Program-made: the position numbers and the translations under genes
Shown: positions 53,186 through 64,000 of the stretch, piece after piece
Layout: each line of letters opens with the position of its first letter
Numbering within the stretch: the first letter of the stretch is position 1
Source of the DNA: Eledone cirrhosa
Lineage: Eukaryota
NCBI GenBank assembly: GCA_964016885.1
Contig: OZ024764.1
Span: 26,536,001 to 26,600,000 of the forward strand
Length of the DNA: 64,000 nt
Reading direction: 5' to 3'
Notes under the pieces: model-generated
Database searches by the model: none
Seen by the model: only the letters and a program-made list of their open reading frames with translations
Told to the model about the DNA's origin: nothing

Positions 53186-55204
53186 TTTTTTAAACTCTGA
53201 ACTCAGCATCTTTCTGTTGTTCTCCGGGATTCTAGCAAAGTATAAAAATATATATATATATATAGCTGGCAGTCAACCTCAGACTCGAAAAAGCCGCCGC
53301 TAATCGTGATCGTTGGGGTTATAATTAGACTAAAAGTGCTTCCACTGGGCACCATTAGCTGATTGTGATCATTGGAGAATTCTTTCTGCGCTGAAAGAGC
53401 CTAGGACTAAAAGATATATATATAGATGTCGAAACGGCAGTAGCACAGCCGTTGGGGTCCTGAATATTTTCACATCTATATATGTGTGTGTATTCTGCGA
53501 CATTTATAATTACATAAGCAAGCATATTTGAATAACAAAATTTGAGGTTTAAATACTTTATTTTTTACCAATAACATAGAGAAAGGCATGAACAACACCA
53601 CATGTTAATTACTTTAATATTGAAAGTAGGGTTATAAAGATTAAAAAAGCAGATTTTTTAATCTTTCATGGTGGTCTGGTGGGTGATACCAGAGATGGTG
53701 GTAGTCCTGGTTTCGGTTTCAATCCTGGTCATGGGTTACATATAAGGTCTCATTTTTTTTTTTCTTTCTTTCAGTTTTCTTCTTATCTCTAGATATAAAT
53801 ATATATACATAAGGTAATTTGGTAGAATTGTTAGAACATCAGATAGAATTCTTTGCAGTATTTTTCCAGTTCTTTACTCTGAGTTCAACTTTACCTTTCT
53901 TCCATTCGGTGTCGATAAGTCTTGAATATGTCTAACGTAGCAATAATTGGAGCTACTTAACCAAGTTTTCCCAACCTAGTCGATGTCACCTACTGGTTGG
54001 CGATTTAAACTGTTGGCTGGGACAATGACCAACTAATCAGTCAGATTCGAACTCACTATGTCTGGCATATATTTTATATTTTATATTTGAATGACGTTCT
54101 GTAAGTAACCTGGTGGCTTAGATGGCAATACTGCTCGAATAGATGGCTTCTATTATGAAGTTATAAGTTCATTCCCTATCCAGGATTGTAGAATTAATTT
54201 TATTTAGTTATTATTTAATCAATTGTTTTAACAAACAAATTATATCTATAAAACGCCAAATATAGTGAGTTCAAATCTGACTGACATGCATGGTATATAT
54301 TTATGTTTCATTATACAACGACACAATACACAGGAACTTATAAAGATATGTATATATTGTCCAGGAGTTTCGAGTTTAGTGGGAATTGGTACAACTCTCA
54401 ATTGGAGCTAGTTCCTGCAAGATCAGCATAAATAATGTTATACCTTTTCATGAAATCTTGCACACCCGATGTTTTATACATGATTATTTAAAGGTGAACA
54501 AAAACCAAAGAACATTGTGCAGCATTTCTCAACCTTTCTACCCATGTCGATCTCTTGAAATAGTTTTTATGTCTCAGGGATGCCCTGCATAAAATATACT
54601 TTTTCTATCTCTAGAGCAGTGGTTCCCAAATCGTGTGCTGCGAGATGAAACAAGATGAGCTGCAAAAGACTAAGATTAAGTTTTAAGATGTGAAAAATAT
54701 AAAACTGAAATTTCATATAAAAGTTCAAATATAGCTACAGCCACAAACCTAGGCTCCACACCCCGCAATGCAAAGGATAGTAAGATAGTACCAAGGCCTG
54801 ACTCACCTCTTCCACTCCATTGAGACCTCTGCCATACTTGGTCCCTGTACTGCTGATTTCCTCCATAAAGTCGGGAGGAAAGACGACAGGAGCCTCATGA
54901 GGAGGGGCGACTATTGTAGCAGGTGTCTCTGGCCTTGCTCCGAGGTAACGCTTTTACGTTTCTTCCACAGGTTGCGGCTGAGGGACCACTTAGACTGGGG
55001 TGAAGTGTCTGTCCCTCCCCCGACTTCTTACTTCTTTTTTTTTCTCATTTTCATTTTCTTTTCTCTTCTTGCTTATCTCTGCTATACCACGGCATCAAAA
55101 ACATATATGATATGTGTATGTATGGTATAGGTGTATTTATATTTAGGATAGTTATCAAAGGTAAATAGACTGGTTGAAGCAATAACAGTCTTGTTTATGT
55201 ATAT

Positions 55205-55245
<41 letters not shown>

Positions 55246-55346
55246 TGTTCTTGTATTTCCATAGAAAAGGTAAAGAAAAGAAGAATGCTCTATGTATTGT
55301 ACAGAGCTATTTAATTACATAATAAACAACAGAATATAATTATTCC

Positions 55347-58300
55347 ATGCAAATAGACTTAGAATGGAAAACATTCAGACAGAGAAGAATGGATAATGAG
55401 CGTCGTAAGAGAAATTGGCCAACAATTAATATTAATGGAAATGTAGAAGAATTTCATATTAGTGATATGAATGTTTCGTGTGATCACTGTGGAGCTTTGA
55501 AATTTAGAAATGAAAATTGTAACTGTTGTAATAAAGGAAAGGTAGTGTTGCCACCATTGCAAATATACCCTGAGAGACTGAGAAATCTCTTTGAAAGAGG
55601 CCAGGAAGCAGTTGATTTCACAGAAACATCTGCAATTAAAACTACATTTATTTCACTTCATTTGGTGTTACCACCCGGCAGAGGCCCGTATAGATTTCAT
55701 ATTCAGGGTCAAACATATCAATACACACCCATCTCTGTAACCTGCAGAAAATACACCACAATATGGCCAGTTATATATTATTGATGGAAACGAAGGTGTG
55801 TAGCACAGATTGGAAGTACAACCAAATAATTGTTTCTGGCACAAGGCCAGCAATTACTGGTACTTTATTCTATCGACCTCATAAGGATGAAAACAAAGTC
55901 AACCTTAGAGGGATTTGAACCCAGAACGTAAAGGGCCATAACCCTATGCTGCAAAGCATGGTGTCTGACGCTCTACCGATACTGCCAATCCACTGCCCTA
56001 GTCCCAACAAATAATGACTGCTCACCACAAAAAATGGCTATGATAAGAGAGGTGTTGCATGAATATAATCCATATGTCGAAGTGTACAATACAATGCATG
56101 GCATCACAAATGAATATATATATATATACTACTAAAGTGTATGTAAAATTTTAAAATAAATACTTAAATTCAATTTGTATAATTACACATACAATATGTT
56201 TTGTTGTAAAACCCTAAATAATGATTTAAGAAATGATGTCAATCTCTTTGTACAGAGAAAAACAATTTATATATATGCATCGTGTGCGCGTGTATACTCC
56301 ATTTAAGACAGCGAAAAACCTAGTACCTCCTTCAAAGAATGCCAAATAGTTTATGCCTAAGGTGTAACACTAATTAAGTTACTGGTATAGATATTTCAGT
56401 TGAACCCTGCTTCAAACATGCATATTATTATTATATATTTTCAAACACACTTACATACATTATATTTATACACATAGAAATGTTAAAACTAAAGTATAAT
56501 GATATAACAACAGTATATAATAGTTTTCTTCACTTTATTGAGATGCAATCGTTTTAAAGAAAAAACATGACAGTATAAGAAATATTTAATATGATAACAT
56601 AATATTTCAGGTAGGATGGTGGTTTCTCTTTGAACTAATAATTGTTTCTACTTTAGGCACAAGGCCAGCAATTAACCAGTACATTACTGGTACTTTATTT
56701 TATCGACCCCGTAAGGATGAAAGGCAAAGTTAACCTCGGATCGTAAAGGGACGTAACTATGCTGGAAAGCATGGCGTCAGACCCTCTACCGATACTGCCA
56801 ATTCACCATACAGTATAATTATACAAATATGCATATAGATAGCAATATATATACACTAATATGTATGTACATATTTATACATATATACATATATATAGGG
56901 AGAGAGAGAGACACATGTATGTATATATATATACACATGCGTGTATGTATGTGTTTATGTACATTCTTCGGTATATATATATGAGTCACGGTTTATTACA
57001 CATTGGAGACACAGAGAGAAAGAGTTGAAACGAGAGGTGAGAGAGTTGAAACAAGAGAGGAGAGAGTTGAAACGAGAAAAGAGAGAGAGAGTTGAAACGA
57101 GAGGAGAGAGAGAGAGAGTTGTAACGAGAGGAGAGAGAGAGAGAGAGTTGAAACGAGAGGAGAGAGAGTTGAAACGAGGAGAGAGTTGAAACAAGAGGGT
57201 GAGGGGAGAGAGGGGAGAGAGTGATGAAACGAGTCGGAGATAGAGTGTGAAAGAGAGAGAGAGAGGAAGAGAGAGAGAGAGAGGAAGAGAGAGAGAGAGG
57301 AAGAGAGAGAGAGAAAGAGAGAGAGAGAGGAAGAGAGAGAGAGGAAGAGGGAGAGGGGGGATGAAACAAGAGGGTGAGGGATGAAACAAGAGGGTGAGGG
57401 ATGAAACAAGAGAGAGAGGGGAGAGAAAGAGAGAGGGGAGAGAAAGAGAGAGGGGAGAGAAAGAGAGAGAGAGAGAGAGAACGAATTGAAACAAGAGAGA
57501 GATGAAACAAGTGAGGGATTAGAGTGTTGAAACAAGAGAGAGAGGAAGAGAGAGAGAGAGCAAGATGGAACGAGAGAGAGAGAGCGAGATGAAATGAGAG
57601 CGAGATGAAACGAGAGAGAGAGAGAGTGAGATGAAATGAGAGAGAGAGAGAGCGAGAGAGAGAGCGAGATGAAACGAGAGAGAGAGAGAGAGAGAGAGAG
57701 CGAGATGAAATGAGACAGAGAGAGCGAGATGAAACGAGAGAGAGAGAGAGCGAGATGAAATGAGAGAGTGAGTGCGAGATGAAATGAGAGAGAGTGAGAG
57801 CGACATGAAATGAGAGAGAGAGAGCGAGATGAAACGAGAGAGAGAGAGAGCGAGATGAAATGAGAGAGAGTCAGAGCGAGATGAAATGAGAGAGTGAGAG
57901 CGAGATGAAATGAGAGAGAGAGAGCGAGATGAAATGAGAGAGAGTGAGAGCGAGATGAAATGAGAGAGAGAGAGCGAGATGAAATGAGAGAGAGAGGAAA
58001 CGAGACTAGAGAGCGAGATGAAACAGGAGAGAGAGAGCGAGATGAAACAGGAGAGAGAGAGCGAGATGAAACAGGAGAGAGAGAGCGAGATGAAACGAGA
58101 GGGAGAGAGAGATGAAATGAGAGAGCGAGAGAGAGATAGAGGGAGATGAAACGACAGAGAGAGAGACAGATGAAACGAGAGAGAGAAATAGAGATGAAAC
58201 GAGAGAGAGTGATGAAACGAGAGAGAGGAAGAGAGAGATGGAACGAGAGAGAGGAAGAGAGAGATGGAACGAGAGAGAGGAAGACAGAGATGAAATGAGA

Positions 58301-60334
58301 GAGAGGAAGACAGAGATGAAACGAGAGAGAGAGAGAGCGAGATGAAACGAGAGAGAGAGAGCGCGAGATGAAACTCTGTCATGTAATGTTATGGACATAT
58401 CTGCCCCTGGGGCTAATAATTGTCATGTAATGTTATGGTCATCTCTGCCCCTGTGGTTAATAATTCTGTCATGTAATGTTATGGTCATGTCTGCACCTGT
58501 GGCTAATAAATCTGTCATGTAATGTTATGGTCATCTCTGCCCCTGTGGCTAATAATTCTGTCATGTAATGTTATGGACATCTCTGCCCCTGTGGCTAATA
58601 ATTCTGACATGTAATGTTATGGACATCTCTGCCCCGGTGGCTAATAATTCTGACATGTAATGTTATGGACATCTCTGCCCCTGTGGCTAATAATTCTGAC
58701 ATGTAATGTTATGGACATTGCTATCTTGTTTCATCTCAAACAGCAAAGTGCAAGAAGAGAAAATTGTCGTGTACAGAACTGTGAATTAAGATTTAGAAGA
58801 GGATCAGATATGAGCTGCTCTAATTTACCAACTAGTAATGATAGCTGTTGTTTTGTGGGGGATTGAGGGCACACCACCTGTACAAAGAGATATTATCATC
58901 TTTCCTAAAGACCATCCTCCTCAGAAAATACCACATAATGCATGCCACTTGGACCTCATGACCGACCGATAATGGTGAATTTTGGTGGCATAGTGCCATG
59001 GAGAGGAATGTAGGACCTGTGTTTGCAATAGACTGACAATGCAGGAGTATTACATATACTGTATAGCATATAGAGGAGGATTTAGTGCGATATATAGGGC
59101 AGGTAAATTATTTTAGCAGTATTTAGTGGATGCCTATATGAAAGTAGAGGGATGCAGGCTTCAATATTTGAGGAACAATCAAGCCCAATTGTGAGTGGAT
59201 GAGTATAATGGTTTAATGAATTATCTAAACAGATGATAACACTGAGCCTTAAAAAATGAAGACAAGATAAGAAACAGAGAAGACATTGACAGAATCGTGT
59301 CAGCAGAAATACCTGCATTGGAAGATGATCCAGTACTACATGAGCAGGTTTAAAAGTTTATGATCCACAGGCCATGTGGTTCTGGAAACCCTTTTCCCCC
59401 ATTTATACAAAATGGATTTTTCAAAAAGAACTATCCAAAAACCTACAGAAGGGAAACATTATTGAACCTAAATGGATACCCAGAGTACAGGAGGTGCAAG
59501 ACAGGAACTGCAGTGTAAATTGGATGACATTCAGTAGATAACAGGAATGTTATGCCATTTAATGCCTTTTTGCTTAAGAAATATTGTGCACATATTAATG
59601 TTGAAGTTTGCGCTTCTGTAAAAAGTGTCAAGTACCTCTTTAAATATGTTACATGGGGCATGATTGTACATCTATAGAAGTAACGAATAATGCATTACCT
59701 AATGAGGCTCAGAACCAACACAACCATGATGAAATAAGAACCTATCTTTGTTGCAGGTATGTGTCTCAGCCAGAAGCAGTGTCGTGTCTCTCGGAATTTA
59801 AGCTTCATGGTACATCACATACAGTATACAGCCTAGCCACACACCTGGAGAACAAACAGAGTTTACTTTCAAAGAGGCAATGCTCAGGTTGTGGTAGAAA
59901 TGCAGGGACCCTTGCTGCCTGGTTCAAGCTAAATGAACTTGCTTACACCTTCTGGGATGCCGCCTCACTAACTCCAATTATAAGCAGGATCAATAATAAT
60001 GCTTCTATGGAATATTTCAATCCAGAACAGATTATGTAATGGCACAAGATTAGAAGTAGTAGAACTGCATAAACATTTTATCAAAGCTTCTCATATCTAT
60101 GGTCCTTTGATGGGCAGGTGTGTTTTGATCCCAAGACTGAAGTTATCCCCCAGTGGTGCCAACATCCCTTTTACTTTGGAAAGACCCCAGTTTCCATTAA
60201 GACTGTCATATGCCATGACAATCAACAAGAACCATGGTCAAATACATGATAAAGTGGGTCTGTTCCTCCCTGAGCAAGTATTTAACCCTGGACAATTGTA
60301 TGTTGCTTTTTCAAGAGTTCACAGACAGATGTAA
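55347..60334 (+). pseudogene. Helitron pseudogene (copy 5), split by a 2.6-kb insert
   Basis: Collinear with copy 4 on both sides of 56107-58735. Confidence 0.9.
56107..58735 (+). mobile_element. 2.6-kb insert: AT-rich DNA + SINE + one GA block + short 46-bp array
   Basis: Empty site GGCATCAAACAG (~46051); filled site GGCATCA|CAAATG ... TTTCATC|TCAAACAG, a possible 3-bp TCA duplication; no TIRs. Confidence 0.75.
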
Positions 60335-63300
60335 AAATTAATCCTAGCAAACCCCCACCACTCCTACAACTGTTAGCTGTTAGCCCACCCCCAGCACCAC
60401 CCAACCTCCGTTCTAGTCCCACCGTTAGAACCAATGCTGCTTACCCTGCCTCTTTTACTAGTTCACTCCGTCGCTCGAATTTCAAAGCTGGCCCTCTACA
60501 CTTGGTCGTTGCCAGCTCACCACCTGGTTGTGCTCTCTGTGTCCGCACTAGCCGGTACCTAAACACAATAAAATGTCACCTGTGCTACCAAAACTACCAC
60601 AGGAACTCTGTCGGCATCAGCAAGGCTCAAGCCGAAAGGCTTCAATACTAGACCTGTAATCAGGGCCACTTTACCTCCGACGACCAGCTTTCTACCGAGT
60701 GTGTGTTGATGGAGGGGACATGAGACCAGCAAAGTCCTAGGAGTAGAGACTAGTAAATAATAAACGGTCCTAGCTATGTTAAGAATATATATAAGAAAAA
60801 TGTTCTATACATTTAAGAAGACAAGAGAAATAAATATTTACCTCTTTCATGTAGGTAATATAGCGGTGTTATAAAAGTATAATAACTGATGCAGGTAGTT
60901 TGTTTCAAACTATAACACATATAACTCTATCAGTGAAGCCCTTTAGTATAGGTCAACTGGGAAACTATAACACATATAACCCTATCAGTGAAGCCCTCTG
61001 GGAAACTATAACACATATAACTCTATCAGTGAAGCCCTTTAGTATAGGTCAACTGGGAAACTATAACACATATAACCCTATCAGTGAAGTCCTTTAGTAT
61101 AGGTCAACTGGGAAATTATAACACATATAACCCTATCAGTGAAGTCCTTTAGTATAGGTCAACTAACAGAAGTATTACGGGTATGGAAAAAATTCTAAAT
61201 AAGCCTACAACAGTCATTGCGGGCCACTCTGACTGGTCAGGTGGGCTCGATTGTGGCCCGCGGGCCGCCTGTTGCACGCCCCTCCTTCAGACAGAATATC
61301 TATCACTGTTAAGTAATACTGTGATCTGTCGGCTAACTACATTTTCCAGCCTGTGGCGTTTGGGGGAGTCGGGATACTGACTGCGAGATTCCTATCTTCA
61401 CTGGCGGCTAGCCTGACGAAGGTGACTGGTGAAGCTCGTGAGGGCACTTGGTTGTTCCAGCTCCTCAGCCTCGCCATCGCCCGAGGTAACGCTGCAGACG
61501 TGCTGGCTTGCCTAAAAAATCATTAGAGAGGTTTCCCAGTGCTCCTCGCGATACTGTTATCTTTTGCTCTAGTAGCAGCTCGTTTGTCCACCCCTTTCGC
61601 CTGCCTTTGGTTGTATGTCGTCCTAGATGTGTGTATTACCTGCTTGTGTGTTGTATGTGGTCCTAGATGTGTGTATTACCTGCTTATGTGGTCCTAGATG
61701 TATGTATTACCTGCTGGTGTGTTGTATGTGGTCCCAGATGTGTGGATTACCTGTTTTTGTGTTGTATGTGGTCCCAAATGTGTGTGCTACCCGCTTCTGT
61801 GATTTGTTGTTTCTTCTTTCTCTCTTCCGAGAAACAATCCTGTATTTTTTTAATCTATTCCATGCGTTAAGTAATTAGCAGCAACAACAAACTGATTTTC
61901 AGTTGTAAAAAGAATCTTTAAACCTTCACCATTTACATTAACACATACCATACGTTGTCCCAGCCACAAATAAACAGTAAAAAAAACTTACTTTGCGGTT
62001 AAATTCTTCACAATTAAAAGAAAAATATTTCTAACACGTTTCTAGACAACACCAAGTTTACACCTTCAATATCCGGTAAAAGTAAAAACATATTCTGGAG
62101 ACATTTAACGAAACGAAACTATGTAAAGAAAAACGAAAATTAAACGAAGACAAATAGTAAATTTTAATTTTTATTAAATAAAATACCAGTAATACACTGC
62201 AGTAGATTTAATCAACTTTACTCTCTCTGCACGAAAGAAGAAAAAAATTCCTGACTTAGTGCTTAATATATAGAGAGGGGGAGAGTTTGGTGTTACTTCA
62301 TATAGAGAGGGGTATTGGAAGAGAGTGCCGTGTAGTAGATATAGAGAGGGAGAGAGTGTGTGCTAATTGATATAAAGAGGGGGATTTGCACCCCCCCCCC
62401 CGCCTAGAAAAATTCTGAAATGCTTCGACCTCCCTGTACATATATATATATATATAGTATACACACACAGACATATATATAGTAAATAAATGTGTGTGTG
62501 TATCAGTGGTCCCCAAACTTTTCTGTTCCACACCCCTCCTCTAAAATATGTTTATGTTCCCCTTTAATATAAAAACAATCCGAGTATTCTGAAAGTATTA
62601 TTACTGTAATATAAAGTAGAAACCCTTTATTTAAACAAAGCTACGATGCAGCGATGATCAAAACAAACTTCTCGTAGGTGCTGCCAAGCGGGGAAAAGTG
62701 GATGTATAATGATGATGATATATATATATATGCCCCACCCTTGCAAACAGGGAAAAGCAGACGTAAAATGAAAATGATGATATATATATAGATAGATAGA
62801 TATGTATATATATATATTTATACTTATACGTCATGGTGGCTACAGGTGCCAAGAGGAAGAAGCCGGTCAAATCCTCTGATATTTGTTTATCTTCCTTTCC
62901 TTTGTATATATATATATAGTATGTGTGTGTGTATGAAGATGTATGACCCCTAGCAAGCCAAACTACAGTTACTCCCCAACATGGAGAGCAAATTAAAACA
63001 TTACCTGTTAGAGACGAACGTGAAATGATTTGTTAGTGAACTACCGGTGTCACAGTAATTATGTTACCGGTGTAACTATTTCTGTTTACCTTATTTTTAA
63101 ATGACACTCCTATATTAGTTTAGTGACCTTTCAATTCAAATAAATTCTTGATGATGATTGAACTCGCATCGGAGTAGCCCAACGCCTTGGCCTCCGCGTG
63201 TGTGAGCCACATAAATGCTCTCAACGACATAGTGAGAAGAAGCCTGGACGCAGCTGAATTTCCATCTCAACTGGAGTCAGCAGGCTTAGGCCGCGGAGAT

Positions 63301-63688
63301 GGCAAGCACCCCGAGGGAATCACCCTCTTCCCATTCGAAGGAGGTAGATCCACAAACCCCAGCATCGCTGCCCGTCTCGCAGATGAACATAAAATAAACA
63401 AATTCCGGTGTTTGTCCTGGAGCCTCTTCTAAGCACCAGCCGCCGTCGAGACCCCGGGCCAACTTGGACCCATTACAGCCGAGCTCCTCCGCAACATCGC
63501 AGTGTCTGTGGCCCGTCTGAGGATGGAGTCCCACGAGATTGGATGCCTGTTGCAGCAGGTGTTACTGTCCTTACATATATATACGTAAATGTTCCCTTGA
63601 CTGCTATTTCTAGCATATATTAATAGACACTTTAGAAACAGCAGCTAAAAATCAAGAAACAACAGTGTGTGTCTGTATATATATACAC

Positions 63689-63763
<75 letters not shown>

Positions 63764-63842
63764 AGCCAAAGACACGCACACACGAACATACACATACACA
63801 CAGGTGTATGTCTGCGTGTATGTATATATATGTGTGTGTCTT

Positions 63843-63904
<62 letters not shown>

Positions 63905-64000
63905 GTCAGTGATCCCCCTCGCAACCTTTAATTAAACAAACCTGCGATGAGGCGATGATCAAAATAAACACCAAAGTATAAACAAACAGCCCATAGGTGC
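58624..64000 (+). repeat. Near-identical copy of window positions 1-~5440
   Basis: ORF at 37 corresponds to ORF at 58660; collinear to the end of the window. Confidence 0.9.
60907..61165 (+). repeat. 55-bp tandem repeat, 5 units (one shortened)
   Basis: Same unit as 2284-2556. Confidence 0.95.

Noticed and set aside
54616-61290. hAT left and right ends bracketing the Helitron as one composite transposon
   Set aside because: The TIRs do not match (CAGTGGTTCCCAAA vs GAGGGGCGTGCAAC) and the flanking 8-mers differ

Overview
Eukaryotic, gene-free repeat DNA. The SINE, RTE-tail and MITE signatures suggest an octopus or other cephalopod (inference). I found no intact protein-coding gene. The window is a tandem array of a ~10-12.7 kb composite unit in about five full or partial copies. 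Each unit carries an internally deleted Helitron Rep/PIF1 pseudogene with a tRNA-SINE inside it, a PHD-finger relic, three divergent CRE-like restriction-endonuclease 3' fragments, hAT ends, MITEs, a 55-bp VNTR and a long inverted-repeat element. Irregular junctions between copies carry fold-back arrays. One is an 89-bp array built from an alternately inverted 28-mer (9.2-10.1 kb) that starts at a perfect snap-back hairpin. The other is a ~21.8-kb satellite (13.1-34.9 kb) of GA-rich block + 46-bp minisatellite modules, which flips strand at ~23902 into two ~10.8-kb arms. A single-module 2.6-kb version of the same insert sits at the same Helitron site in another copy (56107-58735). One copy also holds a 5'-truncated RTE LINE with a PHD finger inside its RT, and a piggyBac-like MITE.
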